A stretch of 64,000 bases of DNA from an uncultured Spirochaetota bacterium (GTDB lineage: Bacteria; Spirochaetota; Brevinematia; Brevinematales; JAOACQ01), in contig CAVYGN010000001.1 in assembly GCA_963768055.1 (NCBI GenBank), forward strand, positions 416,001 through 480,000, given 5' to 3'. The notes beneath the pieces are model-generated. The model was not told the DNA's origin, ran no database searches, and worked only from the letters and a program-made list of their open reading frames with translations. Both the position numbers and the translations under genes were made by a program. This document shows positions 29,603-37,861 of the stretch, in pieces (the stretch's first letter is position 1; each line of letters begins with the position of its first letter).

Positions 29603-30637
29603 TCATAGCCGCCAGGTTTCTACCCCATGCTCGCAGAAATGAAATTCGACGAACCGGCCTCCGAATTCTTCCAGCCCTTTAAATATCTCGTATCTCTTCA
29701 GGCCGTCGCAATAAATCATCATGAACCCGCCCCCGCCTGCTCCCGTCACTTTACCCCCGATTGCCCCGTGTTTCATTGCGCTGTCATAGATCGAGTCTAT
29801 GACCGGGTTCGAAATGCTGCCCGCCATCTCTTTTTTATACAGCCAGCCGTAATTAAGTATTTCTCCTATCCTGTTTATCTCGCCCTTCAGGAGGGCCTCT
29901 TTCATCATTACTGCCTGCTCTTTAAGTTTGTGCATCGCTTCTATCGATTTGTGATCGCCGTTTGTGACGTTTTTCACCTGGTTCCTGATTATTTCAGCGG
30001 ATAATCGGCTTGTACCGGTATAATAGAGGAAAAGATTGTATTGCAATTCGTTGATATATTTCTTTTTTATCCTGAGAGGGTTCACAATAACCTTATCGCC
30101 GTTGTTGAATTCAATGAAATTAAAACCCCCGAAGGTTGCCGCGTATTGGTCCTGCTTGCCCCCTTCCATAGAAAGGTCTATCCTTTCAATTTCATATGCA
30201 AGATGAGCCATTTCATATTCGCCCAGGGGCAGGCTGAGCAGTTCCTGGAAGGCTGCGATGATCGAAACGGCAAGGGAGGATGAAGTGCCGAGGCCGGATC
30301 CGGCAGGTGCGTCGCTGTGTGTGGTTATCTTTACCGGAATTGCCGTACCGCTGTTGAAGTCTTTTATGATTCGGTTGTAAACGCCTTTATGCATATCAAG
30401 ATTCCCATCGATTTCAAGGCGGGGAGAAAGGGGATATTCAAAGATTTCATTCCTATCCAGAGCTTCAAGGATGATCATGGGCCTGTCAAGCACTTCAATT
30501 GTCGTATAAGTGCTTTTGTCTATCGTCGCGTTGAGAACTACCCCGCCGTAAAGTTCCGAATAAGGAGAAACGTCGGTTCCTCCTCCGGCAAGCCCGAGCC
30601 TCAGGGGCGCCTTGCTTCTAACTATCACGCCGGTCAT
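29603..30637 (-). CDS. hddA: D-glycero-alpha-D-manno-heptose-7-phosphate kinase (GHMP)
   Basis: APLRLGLAGGGTD, PAGSGLGTSS, GGKQDQY and GAGGGG motifs. Confidence 0.88.
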   Translation of the reverse strand: MTGVIVRSKAPLRLGLAGGGTDVSPYSELYGGVVLNATIDKSTYTTIEVLDRPMIILEALDRNEIFEYPLSPRLEIDGNLDMHKGVYNRIIKDFNSGTAIPVKITTHSDAPAGSGLGTSSSLAVSIIAAFQELLSLPLGEYEMAHLAYEIERIDLSMEGGKQDQYAATFGGFNFIEFNNGDKVIVNPLRIKKKYINELQYNLFLYYTGTSRLSAEIIRNQVKNVTNGDHKSIEAMHKLKEQAVMMKEALLKGEINRIGEILNYGWLYKKEMAGSISNPVIDSIYDSAMKHGAIGGKVTGAGGGGFMMIYCDGLKRYEIFKGLEEFGGRFVEFHFCEHGVETWRL

Positions 30638-31865
30638 TTTTTATGTCCTCCAGTATTTCATTGAAATTCGAATAAACCTTTAGAGATTCATCTATGATAT
30701 ACCCGCCCTTCAGAATATAGTTCCGCAGATACGGCAGGCGTATACGGTCGCTGTCCTTGTCCCCTATCATAACGCTTTTCCCGACATCAATATGATGCTT
30801 ATCCGCGGCGGCGAGGATCATGCCGGGTTCCGGTTTCCTGAGAAGGCTATCCTTCCTGTAAGCGCTGACGGCCGCTTCGGGATGATAGGGGGAGTAAAAA
30901 CTATCTAAAATATCGATCCCTTTCGAAGAGAGCTTTTTAATAAGTGTATCCTGGAAACGGAGATAATCTTCCGTTCCGAAAATACCCTTACCGATCCCCG
31001 ACTGGTTTGTTACAATGATAAAGCTGAAACCCATTTTTTTCAAGCTCTTTAGAAAAGGAATAGCGCCTTCAATTAAGCGGAGGCCGCTGATTTCATGCAT
31101 ATATCCTTTGTCTTCGTTAAGTATTCCGTCGCGGTCAAGAAAGGCCGCCTTAATGCCCTGTTTCCTGCTCCATAACGGCAGCTGATTTTGAGCAGCACCG
31201 TAATCCTCCGGTATCCCGATATCGATGAATTTTCCTCCGAATGGAACCCCGAAAACCCTGCCGGTACCGAGCAGTTTCGGCATTACCTCCCTCTCGAGTG
31301 AAAGGAAACCGCTCCCCTGAAAATAGGAAAGTGCATCGGAGGAAAGGATGAAGACGCCTCCGTTGATATAGCCGTTGCCCCGCAACTTTCTTTTTTCCGA
31401 GAAACCTGAAACCCGGTAGTCCCTTATTTCAACCGAACCGTAGCGGCTTAAATCATCCATGTATTTGAGGGCCATAGTAAGCAGGGCCTTTTTCCCTTTA
31501 TGAAAATCGATAAGGGCGCTGTAATCGACATCGAAGTAAGTGTCGCCGTTAAGCACTAAAAAATCCTTGTCGTCAGGAAAAGATCCGGCGGCAAGTTTGA
31601 CCGCTCCGCCGGTGCCGATGGGTTCGCTTTCGACGGAATATCCTATATTAACTCCGAATCTCCTCCCGTCCCTGAAATGGTCTTCAATGAAACTGCTTTT
31701 ATAGCCGGTGAGGAGAGATATATCCTCAATCCCATGCTTTTTAAGCAGCCCTATGATGAATTCAAGAAACGGCCTTTTTCCGACCGGGGCCATAGCTTTT
31801 GGTTTTTCTTTGAGGACAGGGGACAGCCTTGTTCCCAGGCCTCCCGCAAGAATAAGAGCGCGCAT
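30618..31865 (-). CDS. Fusion of an HddC-like nucleotidyltransferase and a GmhB-like heptose bisphosphate phosphatase
   Basis: N-terminal LAGGLGTRL..PK, NGDT and FIDIGIPEDY. C-terminal FLDRDG, VTNQSG, RKPEPGM and IGDKDSD. Confidence 0.9.
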   Translation of the reverse strand: MRALILAGGLGTRLSPVLKEKPKAMAPVGKRPFLEFIIGLLKKHGIEDISLLTGYKSSFIEDHFRDGRRFGVNIGYSVESEPIGTGGAVKLAAGSFPDDKDFLVLNGDTYFDVDYSALIDFHKGKKALLTMALKYMDDLSRYGSVEIRDYRVSGFSEKRKLRGNGYINGGVFILSSDALSYFQGSGFLSLEREVMPKLLGTGRVFGVPFGGKFIDIGIPEDYGAAQNQLPLWSRKQGIKAAFLDRDGILNEDKGYMHEISGLRLIEGAIPFLKSLKKMGFSFIIVTNQSGIGKGIFGTEDYLRFQDTLIKKLSSKGIDILDSFYSPYHPEAAVSAYRKDSLLRKPEPGMILAAADKHHIDVGKSVMIGDKDSDRIRLPYLRNYILKGGYIIDESLKVYSNFNEILEDIKNDRRDS

Positions 31866-32975
31866 TTAAATCTCCCTGAATATAATATCAAGCTCCCGAA
31901 GGTATTCCTGTTCGACCTTTTCGCGGGTGAACTTCGCGGCCTGTAAAAAACCCTCCGAGATCATGCGTTCCCGTAATTCGTGTGAGCCTGTCACATTCAG
32001 AATGGCCCCGGCTATATTATCCGCCGATGCGGGATTGAAGTATACCGCTGCTCCGGAGCAAATCTCCTTCAGGGGGTTTATATCTGAAACCGCAACCGGA
32101 CATCCGCATGCCATGGCTTCGAGCGGCGGCAGGCCGAAACCCTCATAAAAAGAAGGCAGAACGAGGACTTCCGCGCAATTATATAATTTGACAAGTTCCT
32201 CGTCCTCCAGAATTCCTGTAAAAAAAACAGTATTTCCAAGGCCCATAGACCGAGAAACCTTTTCTGCGCCTTCAAAACCCGTTATAAATTTTTCCTTCTG
32301 CCCCACGCAAACCAGGGAAAGCCCGCTTCCCCCTTTCCGGATTATCCCGAAGGTATTTAACAGGCCCTCTATATTTTTATGCGGCTTAATATTGCCGACA
32401 TAAAGGGCGAACCTCGCCGGCAGTTTTTTTTTATCAAGAAATTCGTTTTTCTTTTCCATACTCATTTCCAGGTTCCTGAATTTCGGATCAGGGTACCGGG
32501 GTATGACCATTATCCTCGAACTTTTTTTCGCCATTTCAGGGAAAAACCTCAGGATCTCGGTTTTGGTAAATTCCGAGACTGTAAAAATCGCATCGGAGCT
32601 ACGGATGGCATTAGAGTAAAGGATGTTAGTGTATCTGCTTCTAAAAAATCTGTCTTTCAATATGCCTGCAAGGTGGAATACATCATGGATAGTTACGGCC
32701 TTTTTTGCGGCCCTGACGGGTAAAATAGGCGCGTTAAAATGAGGGGTCCAGAAAAGGTCTGTCCGGGGTATCTTAAGAGGCAGTTCCGCCTGCTCGAACG
32801 GAGAATAGGTCCTTGAAAAGGTCCCGATAATGTCTGTGCCGTATTTTTCAAGTTCCAGAGGATTTCCGAGAAGTGTCAGTTTAAAACTACGGGCCAAAAA
32901 AGGTATAAGCGAGTCGATATATCTGCCTATTCCCGACATTTTTACCATTCTCGCATCAAGAACGATCCTCATCAT
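31866..32975 (-). CDS. GT4 family glycosyltransferase
   Basis: GIGRY, TIHD, PHKN and YEGFGLPPLEAMACG motifs. Confidence 0.92.
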   Translation of the reverse strand: MMRIVLDARMVKMSGIGRYIDSLIPFLARSFKLTLLGNPLELEKYGTDIIGTFSRTYSPFEQAELPLKIPRTDLFWTPHFNAPILPVRAAKKAVTIHDVFHLAGILKDRFFRSRYTNILYSNAIRSSDAIFTVSEFTKTEILRFFPEMAKKSSRIMVIPRYPDPKFRNLEMSMEKKNEFLDKKKLPARFALYVGNIKPHKNIEGLLNTFGIIRKGGSGLSLVCVGQKEKFITGFEGAEKVSRSMGLGNTVFFTGILEDEELVKLYNCAEVLVLPSFYEGFGLPPLEAMACGCPVAVSDINPLKEICSGAAVYFNPASADNIAGAILNVTGSHELRERMISEGFLQAAKFTREKVEQEYLRELDIIFREI

Positions 32976-32983
32976 AACTCCCT

Positions 32984-33190
32984 GAAACCACAGATTAAGC
33001 CCTGTAAGGGTTCACTGATTAAGCATAATTATAAGAGGATTTCACTGATATTTCCAAATATATATGTCCTATTGTCATTTCGAGCGAAGTGTTTATCCGG
33101 AGAAATCTTCCCCGGAGCAAGATTTCTCGTTCCAAGTCCTCGAAATGACATCTGTACCATCTGTGTACCCCAGGGCTTAATCTGCAGTTC
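32984..33190. repeat. AACCACAGAT-family inverted-repeat element (copy A) with a nested TGTCATTTCG element at 33073-33150
   Basis: Arms CAGATTAAGCCCTG / CAGGGCTTAATCTG (14-bp perfect IR). Inner element has a 12-bp IR TGTCATTTCGAG. Confidence 0.8.
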
Positions 33191-33254
33191 GAGTTTTTGA
33201 CTTTAATCCTTTGTCAAATTACACTTATGTGATTATTCTCTCAGGGGGTGATTT

Positions 33255-34205
33255 TTGGCTCGAATCAGTGTAATCATACCCGCATATAACGAAGAGGCCA
33301 CCGTATCGCAGGTAGTCGATGAGTTCTACAAAGCATTGCCCGATGCATTTTTTTGTGTAATCGATAATAATTCCACCGACTTAACCGGAAAAACGGCATC
33401 GGCCAAATTCAGCGAACTTAAGCTGGCGGGCAAAGTGATCTTCGAAGCGCGAAAGGGGAAAGCCAACGCGGTGAGAAAGGCATTCACCGAGATAGATTCG
33501 GAAATATATATCCTGGTAGACGCCGATTGCACTTACAGTGCCGGGGACGCAGCGCGGCTCATATTTCCGGTTGAGAACGAAAGTGCGGATATGGTTGTCG
33601 GAGACCGGCTTTCGGGCGGGGGATACGGCAAGCAGAATAAGAGGATATTTCATAATTTCGGAAATCATCTGGTCAAATTGATAATAAATTTCATTTTCAA
33701 GAGTTCCCTCAGGGATATTATGAGCGGTTACAGGGTTTTCAGCAGAAGGTTTGTGAAAAATTTTCCGATCCTATCCGAGGGTTTTGAGGTAGAGACTGAA
33801 ATGACACTGCATGCCCTTGACAAGAGATTCAGGATCATGGAGATCCCGATAGAATACAGGGACAGGCCGGAGGGAAGCCAGTCGAAGCTGAATACGATGA
33901 AAGACGGATTCAGGGTCGTCAGGACAATATTCCGGATTTTCAGGGATTATAAGCCCCTTCAATTTTTCGGTCTCGCGGCCCTGATCAGTCTTTTAGCAGG
34001 TTTTGTCATAGGCCTGCCCGTTATTTCCGAATATATAAGCTACAAGTATATTTATAAAATTCCTTCGGCGATCCTCGCGACAGGTTTCATCATAATAGGG
34101 CTTTTGCTGTTTTCAATCGGACTTATACTAGACACTGTTTCAAGGCAGCATAAGTTCGATTACGAATATTCCCTCTTAACATATTCGGCGACGCATGACC
34201 GCTAG
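33255..34205 (+). CDS. GT2 family glycosyltransferase (DPM1/GtrB-like)
   Basis: IIPAYNEE, DNNSTD, VDAD and DIMSGYR motifs. Two C-terminal TMs. Confidence 0.92.
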   Translation: MARISVIIPAYNEEATVSQVVDEFYKALPDAFFCVIDNNSTDLTGKTASAKFSELKLAGKVIFEARKGKANAVRKAFTEIDSEIYILVDADCTYSAGDAARLIFPVENESADMVVGDRLSGGGYGKQNKRIFHNFGNHLVKLIINFIFKSSLRDIMSGYRVFSRRFVKNFPILSEGFEVETEMTLHALDKRFRIMEIPIEYRDRPEGSQSKLNTMKDGFRVVRTIFRIFRDYKPLQFFGLAALISLLAGFVIGLPVISEYISYKYIYKIPSAILATGFIIIGLLLFSIGLILDTVSRQHKFDYEYSLLTYSATHDR

Positions 34206-34587
34206 GTTTTTTTCATGGCGGTATTTCGGCCAGGTTTTCAGGTTCGGTATTATAGGTGCAGCGGCGGCGGTGATCGATTACGGCGTTTATTACATGCTTT
34301 TCCCGATTACAGGGATTATAATCTCAAAAGCCGTTTCATATGTGCTTGCCACTTTCTTTACATTTGTCATGAACAAGCTCTGGACATTCGGTGCAAAGGC
34401 CTATTCCAGGTCCGAGATAGTCCGCTTCATTACTCTTTACGCTCTTTCGATATTTATCAATAACATCGTAAACAAGGCCGTTTTTTCCCTTTCAAAAGAA
34501 AAACTGGCCGGGTTTTTAGCGGCAACGGCAGTCTGCGCTGCAGTCAATTTCTTCGGCCTTAAATATTTTGTATTCCGGAAAAATTAA
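34195..34587 (+). CDS. GtrA family flippase-like protein
   Basis: FRFGIIG, NKLWTF and NFFGLKYFVF. Four TMs. Overlaps the GT2 gene. Confidence 0.88.
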   Translation: MTARFFSWRYFGQVFRFGIIGAAAAVIDYGVYYMLFPITGIIISKAVSYVLATFFTFVMNKLWTFGAKAYSRSEIVRFITLYALSIFINNIVNKAVFSLSKEKLAGFLAATAVCAAVNFFGLKYFVFRKN

Positions 34588-35375
34588 TTTTTCAGCCATT
34601 TCCTGAAGCGGGTTAAAATTCCTAAAGCAATGACGGCTATGCAGAAAGCTGCGGCAACGATTACTGTATGCGAATCACCGGTGAGATCCGCTGAACGTTT
34701 GATTATTATGCCTGTAAAAGCCCAAAGAACGACGAATCCGTAAAATATATCGTTCCGCCGGTAAATCATGAAGAGGGTGAGAATGGTGCCGGCCATGATT
34801 GCGGCTATAGTCCAGAAAACCTCGAATAAGCTGTAGCTGTTCAATCCTATTTTAACTAAAAAGGCGGTTGCATTGGCGATGACGGCTATGGAGATCCAGC
34901 CTAAATAGATGCTGAAAGGCATATGGATGCAGAGTTTTTCACTCCATGGAGCCTCCTTAAAACCGATCCCGAGCCTTATATATATGGTTATCAAAACCGA
35001 TAGCAGGATTATAATGATCAGCAGCGACACTAAAACCATTTCATAATGCCAGGCCACGATCCATAAGCTGTTAACCGCGCATGACAGGAAGAAAAAAAGG
35101 CCGATCTTATTTTGAACTGACTGTGTGGACTTTTCCCTTTTAAACAGGTCCCTTGCCTGATAAATTGTATAAATGAGGAGTAAAAGATAGATCACTCCCC
35201 ATATCGCGAAGGTTATGCCGGCGGGTACGAAAAGGTTGGGGTATTTATCCGAAAGCTCGCCGGTATTCTTGCCGTTGAAACGCAGGATGTTTGCAAGCGC
35301 ATTGACGGCGACCATGCAGATAAAGCCGGCGATATTTAAGATCTGTAAAACGATCGGGGATTTGTCCTGCTTCAT
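34584..35375 (-). CDS. Tryptophan-rich sensory (TspO/MBR-related) membrane protein
   Basis: VPAGITFAIWGVIY, NSLWIVAW and FSIYLGWISIA motifs. Confidence 0.75.
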   Translation of the reverse strand: MKQDKSPIVLQILNIAGFICMVAVNALANILRFNGKNTGELSDKYPNLFVPAGITFAIWGVIYLLLLIYTIYQARDLFKREKSTQSVQNKIGLFFFLSCAVNSLWIVAWHYEMVLVSLLIIIILLSVLITIYIRLGIGFKEAPWSEKLCIHMPFSIYLGWISIAVIANATAFLVKIGLNSYSLFEVFWTIAAIMAGTILTLFMIYRRNDIFYGFVVLWAFTGIIIKRSADLTGDSHTVIVAAAFCIAVIALGILTRFRKWLKN

Positions 35376-35450
35376 AGATTACCCCCCTAGTCAAATTAAA
35401 AGTTATAATGTTATTTTAACAAGCTTATATTATGTTTGCAAGAATATTCT

Positions 35451-35513
35451 GTCGGTGCTCGCAATGATCCGCCTACCCCCGGACGGGGTGAATGACAGGA
35501 CTGAGGCACCGGC
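35451..35513. ncRNA. Candidate structured RNA / GC-rich hairpin of unknown class
   Basis: Outer stem GTCGGTGC/GCACCGGC, ATGA/CTGA motif, TCC/GGA, and inner stem ACCCC/GGGGT, all within an AT-rich intergenic region. Confidence 0.35.
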
Positions 35514-35616
35514 GGCTCTTACTGAGGCGAATAAATTTGTCAAAAATAATTTTTATTATTATTTTTCTTGTTCAACTTTTAACGGCAATCTATAATATAA
35601 AAAAAAGGCGGGCGCG

Positions 35617-36507
35617 ATGCTTAAAAACGAAGAACTTATCAGGGAATTAAAGAAAAAATTGACTATTGAAATTTCCGAGAAAGAACATCTCCAGGAACTG
35701 AATAAATGGGTGAACGATCAGATAGTACGGTTCAGGGCCCTGTATGTCGGGGCTGTAGAGTACGCCTCAAGCATCGAAAACGATATGGAAAAAAGGATTG
35801 AGCAAATAACGAACAGGACGGATAAAGTACATGAAGATGATTGCCAGGATATATCCGAGATAAAAGAAAAACTCGCGTTCCAGATAGCTATTAACGAAAA
35901 ACTTCAGGAAGAAAACCTGCACCTCAAGGAGGAAAGTGAATCTCTCCGTATTATTCATATAAATGCCCTTGAGCATTCTACCATTCTGGAAAACGATCTC
36001 ACTGAAAAATACGACGAAGCGAACCGTTTAGCCATGACCGATAATCTTACCGGAATATATAACAGATTGAAGTTCAACCAGACCCTCCTCCTGGAAATTG
36101 AAAAGGTTAAGAAAAAAGGGAGCGTTCCTGAACTTATTATGTTCGATATAGATCATTTCAAGAAGATTAACGACAATTACGGGCATATCGCCGGGGATAA
36201 TGTACTTATTAAAATCGCCCAGATAGTCAACAGGATCATCCGGAAAAGGGATACTTTCGCGCGCTGGGGCGGCGAGGAATTCATGATCCTTCTTCCGGAA
36301 ACCGGTCGCAAAGAATCGTCGGCAATAGCTGAAAGGATCAGGGTCGGCATTGAAAACTATAAGTTCGAAACGGTCAAGCACCTGACCTGCAGTTTCGGGG
36401 TAACGGGATACCTGAATAATGAGAAGATCAGCGACCTGTACAAAAGGGTCGATATGGCGCTGTACACCGCAAAGCGTGATGGAAGGAACCAGGTAGTGAA
36501 TTTATAA
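35617..36507 (+). CDS. Diguanylate cyclase with coiled-coil N-terminus
   Basis: DNLTG, DIDHFK, RxxD I-site and RWGGEEF. Confidence 0.92.
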   Translation: MLKNEELIRELKKKLTIEISEKEHLQELNKWVNDQIVRFRALYVGAVEYASSIENDMEKRIEQITNRTDKVHEDDCQDISEIKEKLAFQIAINEKLQEENLHLKEESESLRIIHINALEHSTILENDLTEKYDEANRLAMTDNLTGIYNRLKFNQTLLLEIEKVKKKGSVPELIMFDIDHFKKINDNYGHIAGDNVLIKIAQIVNRIIRKRDTFARWGGEEFMILLPETGRKESSAIAERIRVGIENYKFETVKHLTCSFGVTGYLNNEKISDLYKRVDMALYTAKRDGRNQVVNL

Positions 36508-36528
36508 AACGTTCGGGGATTTGACCCG

Positions 36529-37842
36529 TTATTCCTGCCCTTTATTTCGCCTGATCCTTTCCCGCACAAAATCTATATGTTCGCGAAGGATATAGAACGA
36601 TTCAGCGAATGACACCGGGACGTTTTTATTCACCTGGTTTTCTATCCGGTCGAGTTCGGAATAGACTTCAGTCAGGTCGCCGCCCCCCTTTTTCATGACC
36701 TTCTGCTCGATATTGAGAAGTTCACGGTACCAGCGGTAGATGCGCGACCTGATCCTCCATTGGAAAAAAGCCGGAACGCCCCGGATTACCGAGGGGAATA
36801 TTACTATGAGCGGAAGTATCAAAACAAGGATCCTGTCGGCCAGGCTCGCGATCCAGAAAGGCAGGATCTTGTAAAGAATGCCCTCCCCCGACTTATAAAA
36901 CCGTTTTGCGTCTGAGCTGATGGCTATATCGTTTTCCAGCGGAGCGGGGAATTCATTCCGGTCTTTGATCAGGCCGGGTTTCGAATGCACTTTTATTGCG
37001 GCTTCAAGGATAAGGTCGGAAAGCGCGGGGTGCAGATTTTTTCTGGCTATTATTTCGACAACCGGTCCGACCAGATTAAGGTCATGGGGCGGTAAATTTT
37101 TACCAAAGTCTATCCCTCCCATGGGAATAACGATTTTATGCAGGTATGTAATATGCCTTGCGTAAGCATCCGCCTGAGTGAAATTATAAAGACGGATAAA
37201 AGGATCCCTGAGAAGCTCGCGCATGTTGGTTGTAGTAACAGAATCTCCCATAAGGAAGACAGCGTTAACGCTCCCTTTCAGCAGGTCCTTCACCGCCTCA
37301 TCCGAATCGATCTCGAGCAGGGTTGTCGGGCCGCCTGGAAGGATGCCGTTATTTGAGAGCAGGAGATGGGAAAACTTCCTGGTCCCGCTTCCGGACTCCC
37401 CTACAGCCAGCCGCTTGCCCTTGAAATCGGAGATCAGTTCGAGAGGGACCGGGCTTCTGTAAAAAAGATATATCGGTTCATAAGAGATGCTGCCCAGAGA
37501 TACCAATTTTTGAGTATTGGAACTCTGTATCCCCCCCTGGACGAATCCGATGTCGACCTTGTTAGATAAAACCGACAGGCGTTTGAAATTCTCAATGGAA
37601 CCTTCGGAGGGAAGGATGACCAGCTTTACGCCGTCGCTTTTAAGAATCTTCTGGTATTCTTCAGCGTAATGCCATAATGAACTGCCTTCCGGCCCGGCGG
37701 TAATTATAAGCGTGGTAGGCGGGGCCGAATGGAAAAACCAGAAAACTGCAAAACATGAGACAATAACGAGCAGGATAACAGACCCGAAGATGACAGTGCG
37801 GTTCCGGCCGAATCTGTCAAAATGAAAAAAAGTTGTTTTCAT
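36529..37842 (-). CDS. TAXI-family TRAP substrate-binding-like protein with C-terminal TM
   Basis: GSIENF, DIGFVQGG, YEP and GSGT motifs. C-terminal LPFWIA...RIYRWY. Confidence 0.8.
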   Translation of the reverse strand: MKTTFFHFDRFGRNRTVIFGSVILLVIVSCFAVFWFFHSAPPTTLIITAGPEGSSLWHYAEEYQKILKSDGVKLVILPSEGSIENFKRLSVLSNKVDIGFVQGGIQSSNTQKLVSLGSISYEPIYLFYRSPVPLELISDFKGKRLAVGESGSGTRKFSHLLLSNNGILPGGPTTLLEIDSDEAVKDLLKGSVNAVFLMGDSVTTTNMRELLRDPFIRLYNFTQADAYARHITYLHKIVIPMGGIDFGKNLPPHDLNLVGPVVEIIARKNLHPALSDLILEAAIKVHSKPGLIKDRNEFPAPLENDIAISSDAKRFYKSGEGILYKILPFWIASLADRILVLILPLIVIFPSVIRGVPAFFQWRIRSRIYRWYRELLNIEQKVMKKGGGDLTEVYSELDRIENQVNKNVPVSFAESFYILREHIDFVRERIRRNKGQE

Positions 37843-37861
37843 TATATTTCCTCCCGGATTA

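Noticed and set aside
35451..35513. Fluoride or c-di-GMP riboswitch, or SRP RNA
   Set aside because: GCAATG...AATGAC superficially recalls the fluoride motif, but the pseudoknot pairing is absent. GEMM-I/II and SRP core sequences are missing.
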